A stretch of DNA of 64,000 nt from Mytilus trossulus (lineage: Eukaryota): the NCBI RefSeq assembly GCF_036588685.1, contig NC_086386.1, positions 17,980,001-18,044,000 on the forward strand, written 5' to 3'. Made by a program: the position numbers and the translations under genes. Below, one piece after another: positions 26,001 through 39,779 of this stretch. The notes below the pieces were generated by a model. It had not been told where the DNA came from. It searched no databases and was given only the letters and a program-made list of their open reading frames with translations. Within the stretch, counting starts at the first letter, position 1, and the number at the start of each line of letters is the position of its first letter.

Positions 26001-27828
26001 TAGAGAAAAATATAGCAAAATCCTATATTACAAAAACAATTTGATTTATACACTGGAGCCCCCTTAATGTGCTTAACGTAATACGGTATGTATGGGGTCA
26101 GTAAATTCCATATGGGGATTCGAGCTTCCCTCTCACTCTATATGGAATTTACTGACACCATATATATCGTATTAGGTCACTAGCATACTATGTAACTAAT
26201 AATATCATAAGCTTATTGTTTTGTCCATAAATCTGGCTGTTAGTTTTCTTGTTTGAATTAACTTTCATTTTTCCGTTTTTATTTCGGTGTCTTTTACAGT
26301 TTACTATACGTTATGCTCATTATTGAAGGTTGTACCTATGATTATTTTCTATGTCATTTAGTCTCTGGTAGAGTGTTGTCTTATTGGCAATCTTTCCACA
26401 TCTTCTTATTTTCATCTTCATCAGTTCCGAAAAAAAGTTACAATACTAAAAAAAGCTTCTGACAATAAACGACGAAACTTCTCACTTTAAACTTTTAACC
26501 TTAAACTCGTCCACCATTATGCAAACATTTTGGCATTCGAGAATTAATGGTTTGCTATGCTATCTTCAAAATAATTTTAACAAAATCTCAATCTCATTTT
26601 TTATTGTATAAAACGTAGATAAATCAACTTTTTTTCACATATTGACATAAAGTGTAGAGAAAAGTGCTTATTGTCAGGTTATATCAACAGTACGTTTGAT
26701 TTGACATTCATATGCACAATTGACGTTTTACTTACTGAGCTAGTGAATCTCTTTCTTGCCTTAATCGCAGAATATTGGCTTCGTAGTCAGCCTGGGTCAG
26801 AACTTTGGTCCTCCTAAGAATGATATAAACATTACTGCACATGCAATATGTTGGCTATATAATATTATGATGTTAATCGAGATCATTCACATATTATTTA
26901 GGTGTGGCACGCATAGAAAATTATAATACTGGTAATTATAAAGGAAGACAAAGTTTGGGAACAGGTGAAACAAATTCCAACGGGATTATTCTCTTCCAAT
27001 TAATAAATATTATGTGTGTTCCATATTAACATGTTTAGAAAATTCTATTCTGTTCAACTGTATATCCCATCAATGTATAGTTATGTGCCAGGACCATGCA
27101 CACTTATCACAAATCATGCGATCAATATTCACTTAATGTTTAGTTTAACTGGTATTCTTCATTATCGCTTTTTTGTGCATTTTTCCTTTGATCTTTTGTT
27201 GTGATAATTTTCATATCATGCTTCTCGCTTGATGATGGAAAATTATCGCTAGAATCGCTAACAAAATTGACATTGAAATTGACAACGTCGTCATAGGTAA
27301 AATAGTGATAAACAGATTATCATTGTCACTTTCGCTGTACCAGCTCAAGCGAGAAAATCAATCTCGTTGAGAAAATCAACGATAATCTATAATTAGCATT
27401 TGATATTTGTTTGACACGAAAGTATGATAAGCGATATTGACACAAACAGAAAAAGGTTATCTGCAATTCGAAAAACATTGCATATAAAGGGGAGGGGAAT
27501 TTGAAAAAAATCAGAAAGGCGAACTAAACACACATTTTCGAGCATACATGAGTAAGGGAAGGCGGAAGAGCGTGGGTTGAACATAACATCCCCTGATTGG
27601 ATTACTTATGCAAAGGAATATGCAAGGCTTTACTAAAAAGTTTAAACACATCCAGTGTTATCAATATGTATTTTAAATGCGATGCACTTTATGATTTAGT
27701 CGCCAATCAATATAGCGAAAAGAACTTCAAAGCGTATTTAAAACCAAAACAAAATAAATATAACGAATATAAAGAAACCTCGGTTAATATAGTGTTTAAA
27801 GTGAAAATTACCTATTTCCTGCAAACAT
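17073..27828 (-). CDS. Mieap/SPATA18-like protein, paralog B (~326 aa, 7 coding exons)
   Basis: Exons 27812-27828 (MFAGN, tentative), 26736-26813, 24478-24738 (coiled coil), 23426-23621 (LGKVSGEKMLDKNPQIADLSDPRRPQKL...LYDNKWTDAF), 20278-20361 (ECWNYC), 18869-18961 (ETRKR), 17073-17324 (YVESCLEVCWYSAINEPPM...VDFVVWPAMHLFINGPILYKGVAQ). Total 981 nt, in frame. Confidence 0.85.
20506..20747. mobile_element. MITE, PIF/Harbinger-like (TTA TSD, GGG termini)
   Basis: ~50-bp TIR GGGACGACATCAAAAG... / ...CTTTTGATGTCGTCCC with TTA at 20503-20505 and 20748-20750. Internal G-runs. Confidence 0.8.
21422..23227 (-). repeat. tRNA-derived tandem repeat/satellite, ~4.2 units of 428/441 bp, in an intron of paralog B
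   Basis: Unit starts at 21422, 21814, 22255, 22683, 23124. Each unit carries on the minus strand A-box-like GGTGGTCGTGTGGTCTAG and B box GGGTTCGAATCCC. The array ends in (TA)n. Confidence 0.9.
25058..25250 (+). repeat. Three ~73-bp tandem repeats within an older interspersed element
   Basis: AGGGAGGCGG...TTATT.CATACACGGT.AGTA.TGGTGT at 25058, 25132 and 25204. Confidence 0.75.
25504..26063. mobile_element. Non-autonomous TTAA-flanked DNA transposon (Kolobok-like)
   Basis: TTAA|GAGGG... and ...GAGCCCCC|TTAA ends. The internal sequence matches the host element around 105-150 and 725-790. Confidence 0.6.
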
Positions 27829-29001
27829 GGTTACCTCAATCAAAGGTAAACTTTAAAACCAAAAGTAAACATATGGAAAACCGTTATTTCTACAGTTATT
27901 ACTTCCTTGTTCCATTTTTTACTTTAAGCTTTATAAGCTAAATTGACGGTGACAAGATCTCAATTTTTATTAAAATCGTTTTTGTTTCAAAATATACAAC
28001 ATTTATTATGTGTCAATCATTTAAAATGTTTATATATGCTTATTCAAACAAGGTCACTTATCATGCATATCAGGTTAGATACCGAGAAGTCATTTCAATC
28101 ATAAACATTGGAGACTTCAAAAAAGAAAGTAAGTATACTAACTTCTGAGACACATTAACTTTATACGATCTTCCAAAATTAGAGTATACTTATGTGGGGG
28201 TCATGTTGACCGATATTTGTCTTTAAAACCAAAAATATCCTCACGGAAAAGAAGTCGAGACATAATAATAAAGACTTTTAAATATACTCTCTACTTTCGC
28301 AATGATCAACATAAATTGGCTTTTATTGATCCTGAACCTGTTTATTAAGTCAAAAATTTAGAAATGTTATTATAGTGTTTATTGCAAACTAATGTTAAAC
28401 ATTCGTTTTGAAAGGTCACAACATGGACGTCCAGAAAAACGATAATAAATCTCATCAACGATGATATATATTGCCTAAGATATAAATAGCTTTCAATCAT
28501 AGAAAATCAACAACAATCAAAGAGACATATAAAACCAAGGGTAAAAGCAAAAAGAAAGACAACAAAGAACAGTTAACAAAATATTTCATATATAATTTAA
28601 GATTGAGCAATACTATCAACAAAATAAAATACGAAAGTTAACAATTCGATATGGTGACCTCTAGATTTGCCAGGGGGACACTATGTTTCATTTGAACTCA
28701 CAATACAAACGATTAATACTTGTAATTGAAAATTCGTAACATTTGAAAAAAAAAACCCCAATTTTGAAGTAAGATTGTTTTTGGAAGAAACAGATTACGT
28801 TTAGTATAGACGTCATACACTTATATCTGGTAAGTGCTAGTTATAACTTATGCAACATCCACACACACCTTTAATTAAATCAACAATAAATGTAAAACGT
28901 CAAACCAATACATATTTAACATATTCTAGAATATTTTCAGAGGAGAACAAATATCCGACGAAAGAAGGCAATAACTCATTGAAATGACGATATAATAAAT
29001 T

Positions 29002-29821
29002 AAAGGAGTAGATTCAATAAGACCCCTTTTTGGCCCCAAAATATAGCAGTTTTACAAAATTATTTAAATGTAAACTTTTAGTTATTTTTCGGAAGGTATA
29101 ATGCCTCTGATACATAAATATAGAATGTTTTTGGCATTATAATGCACATATATCGGGTATTTGCATAATTAAGTCATGCTTAATTACTGAAAGCTTCACA
29201 ATTTCAGCATTTTAGTTAAATTTTAGACGGTTTCGTCTTAAATGAAAGTGGCCGCATTTGTGTTCATTTTTGATATTGAAATGTAAGTTGTGTTTAATGA
29301 TGAGACATAACATATATAAAGGTCGAGATTGAACACGGGTGCGGCCACTTTCATTTTTGACAAAAACCATAGGAAAAGTAACAGTTTTTGGCATATTTGA
29401 CAGATTTCTCATATTTAAGCTTGAATCGGAGATAAGACGTATGACGGTACTTGTCTATCCCAAATTCATGTATTTGGTTTTGATGTTATATTTGTTATTC
29501 TCGTGGGATTTTGTCTGATGCTTGGTCCGTTTCTGTGTGTGTAACATTTTAGTGTTGTGTCGTTGTTCTCCATTTATAGTAAATGCGTTTCCCTGGTTTT
29601 AGTTTTTACCCCGATTTTGTTTTTTTGTCCATGGATTTTTGAGTTTTGAACAGCGGTATATTACTGTTGCCTTTATTTTATGAGTGAATCAGTTAAAATC
29701 TTTCACAAAAATAATTGAATCAATTAAGATAGACATTTAAGTGTTTGAAGTGTCCAAAATCTTTCGTCAGATGAACTTGAAATTTGAGGCCAAAACAGGC
29801 CCATACAGGACCTACTCCTTT
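29002..29821 (-). mobile_element. MITE with AAAGGAGTAG TIRs, interrupted by a ~250-bp repeat at ~29431-29680
   Basis: Inverted relative of the uninterrupted copy at 48377-48926. The inserted repeat recurs at ~30277-30520. Confidence 0.75.
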
Positions 29822-31777
29822 GTAGCGACTTGTGTTGAACTCTTCATATTTTTTGTTAAACAACTAAAGATATTGTGAAAAAAACGCAAACAAAAGAATC
29901 AATCAAGAAAAACATCATATTAAATGATACAGGAATTCGAATATCTTTTACAAACAAAAAGATAAAATCAGTAATAGTGTATTTATAAAACAATGACAGG
30001 ATTCATGTTGTGTTGTACCAATGATAAAGTCACAGTTAGAAAGAAAACGTATAGATGAAATTTAAATTAAGTTAACCCCCAAAAACAAGAAAGATAAGAT
30101 TTAACACGAATGATGTAAACATGGCTAGGAAGATTCAACAGAAAAAAACTATGTGAATTTATTTCTTTGTATACGACGTTACCTTAGGATGCTGGCTGGT
30201 GGATACTTTTTACATAACTTATGTGTTTTTTATGTCGTTTATTTCCTCTTATATTTGAGTGTGAATTCACATTGTTATAAGACGTGTAACAGAACTTTTC
30301 TATCCCAAATTTATGTATTTAGTTTTGATGTTATACCTGCTATTTTCATCGGATTTTGTCTGATGCTTAGTTCGTTTCTGTGTGTGTTACATTTTAATGT
30401 TGTGTCGTTGTTCTCTTATATTTAATGCGTTTCCCTCAGTTTTAGTTTGGTACCGGGATTTGTTTTTTTTTCTATCGATTTATGAGTTTTGAACAGCGGA
30501 ATACTGATGTGGCATTTATATATAATCGAAATAAAACATTCAAAATAAAAATTCTCTGGAAATGTAGAATACATTGGTGGGAATAAAATTTTCGATATAG
30601 AAAGCATTTGATAGAATATTTCATAGAAAAAAGATCTAACTTACTTAAAATTTTGAGCTAGCTAAACTTCTCACTTGTATGAAAGTTGCATCAAATTCCA
30701 TTATATTGACAACGAGGCGTGAACAAAACAAACAGACATAATAGGTAAAAATTTCAAAAATAAGGTAACACAATCAACATGTCTTACTTGACAAATATAA
30801 TTGGATTGACAGATTTTTAAAAAACATTTTCTGTTTCTTAAGGTTTTGTTGATGATTATAAGCTTTATATGACTGTATAAATAAAGTAAGAAATTAAATG
30901 TTCATTATAGAATTTTGAAAGATACTGTATCAATGTTTAATAAAATTTCGATATCTTTTTCTGTTCTTTGCTTAATTGCCTGACAATATTTTGGTAGGTT
31001 TCTTTTTTCTAACTTATGTAAAAACTATTTTTTTGAATTCTATATAATTAAATGTTTTTTTTATGAAGTTAAATCCTTTAGAAACGAAGCTTAAATTGTC
31101 TATTGAGATTTATGATTTTGTGCTAAGTTTTCAAGTTGGTACAAAAAGGTGTTGAAAATTAATCTGTGTGAGATTTCAACATATATTAAAAATATATAAG
31201 GTTCTTTCAAATGATGAATCTAAATTTGTGTTTATTTTCATTATTAATAAGATGATACAGCAATGAGGCCAAAGGTTTCTTAATTAATCTTTGTTTAATT
31301 TCAACAAAAACAAAGTTCTTTGGGTTCTTTGATATGTTGTATCTAACAATATATATTAAGTGATTTAATCATAATGTTGAAAAATTTAGTCATCACTGGT
31401 TGTTGATTTTATATGAATTTAAGTTAAAAAAAAGTATGAATTTTGAGTAATTTGACAATATTTATTTTGGGTAATCCAAACCTATGATGTGTTAAATGTT
31501 CAATCACGATCCAAATTCAGAGTAGTTGTAAGCTTAACTGTTGTGTCCGAACTTGCTCAACTGTTCAGGGTTTGACCTCTGAAGGAACAATCCGGTTGGC
31601 TGTCACTATGAAAGCCTCTTGTTTTAGATTTTTTGAAATTCCAAAGTCATTTGCATTGTTGTTGTACAAAAAAATGATTCACTAAGTTTAAGTGTACACA
31701 ATCTAAGTTATCAAGAACTGAGTAGTTTTGTTGTGTAATTATACTTATTTTTTTTTATAATCAGATTGATGCTAACC

Positions 31778-34700
31778 ATGTCCAAAACGACATACGGACG
31801 GATACAAATGGCGGCACCAAACGGGTAAGTGTATATGTGATATATATATATATATAAGTGTATGCACAACAAGTTTCAATATATTGATACATCTTTATCT
31901 ACTGATTAAAACAATTAAACAATCGATAAGCCTTGACTTCGACTCAAAAACAGAAAGATAATAGTTAACTTTCATTGGCACAAGTTAAGGGAAATTGTAA
32001 ACGGATAAAACGAATGAAAAAAAACCCCAAAAGTTTGTATTCACCAGTTGTGGTCAAACAACATTTGGCGGACATTTCAAAATATTAATCAAATGTTCGA
32101 CCACAATAGTAGTTCATAAAAATGAGTAAACGATCTAAAATGATGCTTGTATCTTTTTTTATTTATTTTGTCTTATATCTTGAAAACACTTTTAGAAAAT
32201 TGGCAAATATTTCCGAGACTTACATCCTGCACTGCCGACTAAAATTCACATGTATATGCTTTGAAAGTAAGCAATAAAGTCCTTATGAATCCAGACTGAA
32301 ACTAAAGTAGTTTTAAATCTAAAAGAAAAAGAAAGTTTGATAAGGCTTCTTGTTGGTACTTGATTTGAAAAATATATTATATTCTAGTATCTTACAGACA
32401 ACATCATTTAAAAAAGTTCGTTCTTATGAATGTTGGCGGTTTTTTTTTTATAGTTCAGTGTTTCTGTTTATCCGTTGTTGCCATCGTTTCCCTCGGCTTT
32501 AGTTTGACACCCGTTTTTGCGTTTGCTTTATCAAATTGTGACTTTTGAACAGCGTCATACTACTGTAACCTTAATTCTTACACTATAAATTAAACCAGAA
32601 ACAGTCTGAGGTGGTGATTTCTTTTACTCGACTATTCTTAATTAGTCCATTACTGGTTAATCATATATAACTTGAATGTAGTCTGAATCATGCTAAGAAT
32701 TCTGATGTTGTAATCGATAATTATCTAAGCCATACTTAAATTCTTAACTCATAATCGACAACCTTGAAACAATCTGAATACATTCCCGACCTTTGTTTAA
32801 CCTATACCTAACAAATTCTCGACTTGTTTTCAATTTTTTTTTAACAATACTAAATCAGAGAAATTCAAGGTTTGAACCATTATTGACCAGTCTGATAAAT
32901 ACTTGACCAATAACTTCTTATTTATTTATCTTGAATGATGATAATAATTTATTCGACTTTAATCCCTTTTTTTCGTTGATTTTTTTTTATATTTGACTAT
33001 CACTTTCTTTAATGGTACTTCTTGGTCAAATTTCTAGCCATGGGAAACAAATCTTGTAAAAACTGTACAAAGAAGCATAAGTGAAATGAATTAACAATAG
33101 GTCGTGGATTGTTTAGACTTTAAATTAAATATTGAGATTTGAAAAACAAATTTTGGATTGCAGGCTGTAGGTCAAAGTAAGAAAAGGAGAAAACGTTTTC
33201 TATTCCAAAATCTTTTATACATGTCAAAATATTGAGCAATAAAGGCTGTAGTAGTGTAAACATATTCAATAGTCTAAAAATCGATTTAACTGAAACAAAT
33301 CCAAGTCACACACCAAAAAATAGAAAAACACATCAACCATAAAAGGAGAAAAAAAAAACCCAGAAGACACACTGAACAACTACATAAGCAAACGCAAACA
33401 AACGGACCATGTAGTTACGTCTGCCTTTTCCTACTGTCAACGTATATTTGTTCCACCTAACAGAAGTTCCAGTGGAAACTTTATTATAAACAATGTCATA
33501 ATACCTGTACCTGATGGAACAAATATTCTATACTATTTATTCCGTTAGGAACATCTACTGTAATATTTATTCCTGTGGAAATAATATTCCAGAATAGTTT
33601 TTCCATTTGGAACTTATATTATGAAGGAACTTCTATTCCGTGACACTACTAGGTTCAAAGCATTTTAAGAAAAATAAATGATTGAACCTGATGTTATGGC
33701 TAGGTAAACTTCTCACTTGTATGACAGTTGCATTGAAATCAATAATATTGGCAACAATGTGTGAGGAAATCCAACAGCTATAGTAGGTATAAAAGGTGGG
33801 GAATAAGAAACAGATAGATAGATAGATATTTTATTCTCTAAAAACTAGATACAAGTTTACAGAGACAATATAAATACAGACACAATAGTTAAGGTAAACA
33901 AATACAGTAATTATGATGACATACATGTTTAGTAACATGTAGAATTAATGATGTAAGAAGGAAAACTAATCGGTAAGATGCTTATGCTTGTGCAATACAG
34001 CAGTCAACAATAATTTTACACCGGTTTGATTATTTTACTTTAGCACTTACTCCCTATTACTTTTACCTTTTGACTTTTTCTAGTGAAAATGGAGGAATCG
34101 TTTTTGCAAAACTTAATCCTACAAATCAGAAGAAAAAAGACGGAGTAAGTATAAAATTGTTAAAAAAAAAAGATTATTGTAATTGTGTTTTTAGAAAATA
34201 AAGCAAATTTAACAAAAACTAGTTTGTGATTATCGTGGTATTATTTATACAAGCCTGCTTGTTACTAATGGCAGTTATTATTCCAAATTAGTATTTGCGG
34301 CTCTTTCAACAACAAATTATTTCGTGAATCGTCTGATGCTCTATAACTCCCGTGTGCTGAATTGTTAATTACTCAACATGACATCAAACAATCTTCAGAG
34401 TCGATGCTTTAAAACCAATGTACCAAATTGTTTTATAGCTCAGGCGAATCAACTACTATGGAAGTTAAGTCTTCTGTAAAAACATAATTTCAATTTTAAT
34501 TTATTTTCAGAATGAAGTATTTGATTCGAAAAAAGAAGAAGTTAATCAAAAACTCATCAATGAAAACCAAAGATTAAAAAAGTATATAAATAAACAATAA
34601 ATATATATATATATATATTATGATGAAGTATTGGGTTTATCAATTTTGAATTATTCAAGATAGTTGTAGATTGAACATCTTCGAAATCGATTTGAGAAGA

Positions 34701-37700
34701 ATAATGTACCAATACCTATATTGTTGTATAGCTCGATTCCTAAATAATATGCTTTACAAATACATAAAATGAATGAAAAGAAATTCTGACGAATAAACTC
34801 TATCCATCTCAAACGAGTAATACAAGACCATTCTCATTTTGATTTTTTTGATATTACAGTGATGTATCAGTTTAACTTTAAAATCTCTTATTTTGTCATC
34901 ATTAAGCAATTCATGTTCTGTTTGGGCAATATTTTTGCGTTTAAGTGTACTTTTAAGGCAAAACACTATATGGTCAGATTAAAGAATCTTATTGAAGTAG
35001 AAAAAGTGTTTTGAATTTATGTTTTTTAATGGCTACACCCGTTTTTATACATAATTATCATTCTGAAAAAAAGAAATGTATGTTTTCAGGGAAAACAAAG
35101 AATTGAATCAAAGGTTACTCGAACAAAAGAAGCAATATGATAAGCTACTAGCTGTAGTGGACGCAGGGAAAAAACAAACAAATAGATTAAGTATGGAACG
35201 GGATAAAACAGTTATTGATTTTAAAAAGACGTCTGGTGATAAATTTTTAAAGGATGAGCATTCGAGACAAAAAGAAGAACTGAACAAACTTACCATCGAA
35301 AATACTGGTCTTCGTAAAGAGGTTGATCGTATTCGAACTAGGTAAAACTATACTGATTTAGAGATTTAGATTCAATATAATGTCATTATTGCACATATTC
35401 TACATTATAGTAATAAAGAGACGGAACATTGAGATCGGTTGAGAGTGTTATTAAATATTCTAAGACAATCTCCTTAAATGATGAGATTTTTTATTTTGAA
35501 ATGTACTTTCCAGTCCATGTCCATTAATATCATAATGTTTGATCGAAGTTCGTTTTACCAGGTTTCTCTATCTACTTTTCTTTACTATTTACTTTATGTG
35601 AAATTTGATCAAATTAACTTAGTTATAGTGTAGACTAAGAAGGTTCCATCCGATTAGATGTGTGTGCTTCTGTTGTGATCTGATTTATGACATAATATTT
35701 TAATATTTCACGTTGATAGATAAGGAAGCTATTGATAACTTAGGACCGAACTCAATCGGGCAAAGTTAACCTGATATGAATGTGACTGTGTTTTTTTAAT
35801 CACTTTTAGTCAAAAAGCACCTACTGATTAACCTATAGATCCCTGACTTTCAGCAAAGGTAAAGGAATAAAACCAGGTCGGAAGCACAAACTTTAAAAAG
35901 TGTTATTTTCATTAATTGAGAGTAACACTTTGAACGTTTGTTATGCGTAAGAAGTTAAGTTATTTTGTTTTAAACAAACACTATTCAAGCAACGTTTTAT
36001 ACAAGATGTGCAACACTAAGATTTTAATTGACACATTTAATACAGAACCCAAGAACTATCTTTGTTCATTTTGTATGATATCTCTGTAATCTATGCTTTT
36101 ATAGTTTAAGTAAAATAGCAGGAGAAAGAATGACTGATGGAAATCCTTACATAACAGATTTAAGTGACCCTCAACGTCCACAGAAACTTTCAGAAAAATT
36201 CAATAGTCTATACGACAATTCTTGGACTGATGCATATGAAATTATCAACAACGAAGACATGGACGAGAAAATGACATGTGAAAAACTGATAGCTATTTTC
36301 AAAGTAAGAAATTATGAAAAATTAATAAAAAAACCCAAATTAAACCTACTGATATTTGATGTTTATAATCAATTTAAATCCATGTATGATATGTCTTGAC
36401 CATTCACGACACATATATGGAACAAGATAACAATCTGTACGAAATTTGTTTTATTTATTCTTTTAACAAATAAAATGCTGTATACTCAAGTCAGATAAGT
36501 TCTACCGGTATATAGTCTATCATATCACAATGTTACCAATTTAACATTGAAACATCTTAACATTTCAGAGTTGCTGGGACTTTTGTTGTGAAGTTGCAAA
36601 AATGCAGCTGTCAGACCTGCATACCATACTGCTTTCTCTGGATGAAAAAGAATCAAAGAATGAGGTATTACAACATTTGATCAAAGCTGAGTGAATATTT
36701 GAACTTTTTATATCATCCATTAGTTTTGCCTTCATTTAACATTCTGATTCATCTTGTTTTATCTGTTATATGCTTTATTCCTGTTGTTTAAGGAGTAGAA
36801 GGCTTTGAAACTGAAACTAAATTGGTCAATTCAAGTTTACCAAGACCTCCATTGTTTATGAAAACCATAAAGTTAAGGATGTATACTTTGGTTTGAAAAT
36901 AATCCTCTGAGAAATGATTTCGTTAAATCTTCTAAACGTTCTGACTTATGAAATAACTTATCATTTTTACATTTAAACTATATACTTTAAATTGCAGAAA
37001 AAGGTAAAAAACGACTTTCCAGTTCAAAACAGTAAAATAATAAAAGAAACAAGAAGATTGTTCGCTGAACAGTTTATACCAACGTTGTGTGAGGTGAGTA
37101 AACAATGTCGGTCTCAAATCATTTGTTTCCACTATATACATTAAAAGATAAGACTACCTTTCTGGTATATAAAGATCAATACAATGAGTACAAATTGTTT
37201 TTTTTCAATTTTCTTTATGATATTGATTTGAGTAATTTTGATTGCGAAACGCTAACTTTTCATCACTGATTGCTTGACAGTATAATGAACAGTAATATAT
37301 TATGTAACCGCCGTTGAATTTTCGAATTGTAGAGTTACTGGCAAAGACAGAAAGATACTGGATTAGTTGAAGACTTACAGCCATATGTAGATAAATGCAT
37401 TGAGCTTTGTTGGTATAGTGCCATCAGTGATCCACCCTTAGTTTATACCTTTGAAGCAAATACAAATGTGGATGATTTCAGAGGATACACAAAGAGTGGT
37501 GATAAAATAGACTACGTTGTGTGGCCTTCAATGTATTTACATGAATATGGTCCGCTGTTATACAAAGGTGTTGTCCAATACAAAATGACTGACAAACAAG
37601 AGGATAAACCCGAACATCAAAAGAAAGTTAAAGATGATGTGACTGACAGAACAGATGTAAAACCCGAACCTCAAGAGAAAACTGAAGATCATGCAACAGA

Positions 37701-37926
37701 CAAAATGGATAGAAAACCCGAATGTGAAGAGCAAACTGCTGATCAAATGACCGAGAAATTGGATGGTAAACCAAAACTTCAAGAGAAACCAGAGGAGCAC
37801 GTGGCACGTGGGGAAACACATGTTAACCTCGTGCCTCAAGAGAAAACTGAAAATCTTGAGACAGACAAAATGGATGATAAACCTGAATTTAAAGAGAAAG
37901 CGGAAGAGAATGTCGAAAAGAATTAA
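31778..37926 (+). CDS. Mieap/SPATA18-like protein, paralog C (~471 aa, 8 coding exons) with acidic repeat C-terminal extension
   Basis: Exons 31778-31824 (an in-frame ATG also lies at 31769), 34084-34144, 34511-34581, 35090-35341, 36105-36303 (LSKIAGERMTDGNPYITDLSDPQRPQKL...LYDNSWTDAY), 36569-36664 (SCWDFC), 36998-37093 (KETRR), 37333-37926 (YVDKCIELCWYSAISDPPL...FRGYTKSG...VWPSMYLHEYGPLLYKGVVQ + tail). Total 1416 nt, in frame. Confidence 0.88.
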
Positions 37927-38152
37927 CAGAACTTATCAGTTTAACATTTTATTCACTTTTTTTATTGTCACATCTTCAACATTTAGTTTCAACAAGCACT
38001 ACAGTATGTTTGTTATACAACTAGTTAATCAGATATTATTATGTTTGCAATAATTTATATATTTATAGTCAGATGATCTTACACATATGTAGGTAATAAA
38101 GTGATATTCTAACTTAGATCTATTCTAACTCTAAGTATAGATTTGTTTGCCT

Positions 38153-38154
<2 letters not shown>

Positions 38155-38183
<29 letters not shown>
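38155..38183 (+). repeat. (GT)n microsatellite
   Basis: About 14 GT units downstream of the paralog C stop codon. Confidence 0.95.
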
Positions 38184-38187
<4 letters not shown>

Positions 38188-38355
38188 TGTTAATATATAA
38201 GTGGAATAAAGCAACTCAATTTGGAATATATTTTGACAAAATATATCAAGGGGTTAATGCATGAACATTTATAGAATAGGATAGAATGTGTGTATGCAAT
38301 GTATCTATTCAAAATATATAAATAGTTATCAAAGGTACCATGATTATAAATTAGT

Positions 38356-38397
38356 ACGCCAGACACTCGTTTCGTCTACATAAGATTCGTCAGTGAC
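38356..38397 (-). ncRNA. Degenerate type I hammerhead ribozyme motif in a retrozyme/PLE-type repeat
   Basis: Minus strand GTCA-CTGACGA-ATCT-TATGT-AGAC-GAAA-CGAGTG-TC-TGGC. Core intact; stems II and III carry mismatches. Confidence 0.6.
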
Positions 38398-38941
38398 TCT
38401 CTTTTCAAAATAAAAGGTAACAACAGTTTATCGATGTTAAATCTCATTATAGAAAACACAAAAACTGAATGAATCGCTAGAATCATGTAAGGATAAAATT
38501 TGGGTATAAATAATGAATAGGGAATTTTGATATTAAATTGCAGTATTTCGTCTGAATAGTTTCAATAATGCAATATTTGTTAATGTTTGATTTTAGTTTC
38601 AGAGCTATGGACATTTGTAAACAGACTCATCGTCTGCACATTTTCTTTAAGGTGTTACAATATTAAGAATATTCTTTTTGTTATTATTTTTGCAACAAAT
38701 ATGTTGTTTCCGCAAGACATATATAACCCGTAAAATTGATGGATTGTTGGTTGCTCTACGCCGCATTTGCACAACAAGGTTATATCGCAGCGGTACCCGT
38801 AAGAGATTACAACCTAATCTGTTTTAATATTAGTGCGATCAGCATTGACATAAACCACACGTATATTTTCCCTATTTTACAACAAACCAGAGTATGAAAT
38901 AATTCAGTTACAGAAAAATTTGTGATAGTTTGCAGCTGACC

Positions 38942-39339
38942 TTTCCTAAGACTTTACAAACAAAACTTTCTGAGCGTAGTAAGACTTTACACACAAAACT
39001 TTCTGATCTTCCTAAGACTTTACAAACAAAACTTTCTGAGCTTCCTAAGACTTTACAAACAAAACTTTCTGAGCGTAGTAAGACTTTACACACAAAACTT
39101 TCTGAGCTTCCTAAGACTTTACAAACAAAACTTTCTGAGCTTCCTAAGACTTTACAAACAAAACTTTCTGAGCGTAGTAAGACTTTACACACAAAACTTT
39201 CTGAGCTTCCTAAGACTTTACAAACAAAACTTTCTGAGCTTCCTAAGACTTTACAAACAAAACTTTCTGAGCTTCCTAAGACTTTACAAACAAAACTTTC
39301 TGAGCTTCCTAAGACTTTACAAACAAAACTTTCTGAGCT
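38942..39339. repeat. 33-bp minisatellite, ~12 units, with 99-bp higher-order period
   Basis: Unit A CTTCCTAAGACTTTACAAACAAAACTTTCTGAG and unit B CGTAGTAAGACTTTACACACAAAACTTTCTGAG, in the order A B A A B A A B A A A A. Confidence 0.95.
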
Positions 39340-39779
39340 TTACTGGTGAATACAACAGGTTTTTGAAACGATGTGTTAATAAAAAAAGAAAAACAAATTG
39401 TCATGGCCTATGCTCGTTTTAACATGACATCATATGTCTATAGTTATATGATAGGACAAGTCAAAACGTTTAGTGTCCAAAGCAGGCATATAAAACACGT
39501 TTTAAAGGTAGCAATTTTAAGGAATAGAAATATAGACATAGCTCGTTAGCAAAAATGAAAGTCAAGAATTCAAAAAATTACCATCGCACAATAGCACAAT
39601 GTCGGGATGTACAAGTACCGAGACACCTCAAATACATATCGCGCAAAAAAAAGACAAATAAAACCATACTGTAACACGTGCACGTTATTAAGAGGATAAA
39701 CATGCAACGTCAGTACATAACATCTATACTTGAAGACCATCGTGTAGTATTTGTGAAGTTAATACGAAATATTTACCAA

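Noticed and set aside
34439-34463. Micro-exon in paralog C
   Set aside because: Its phases are incompatible with the flanking exons, which join in frame without it.
38942-39339. CRISPR array
   Set aside because: No unique spacers, no cas genes, and a eukaryotic context; it is a head-to-tail minisatellite.
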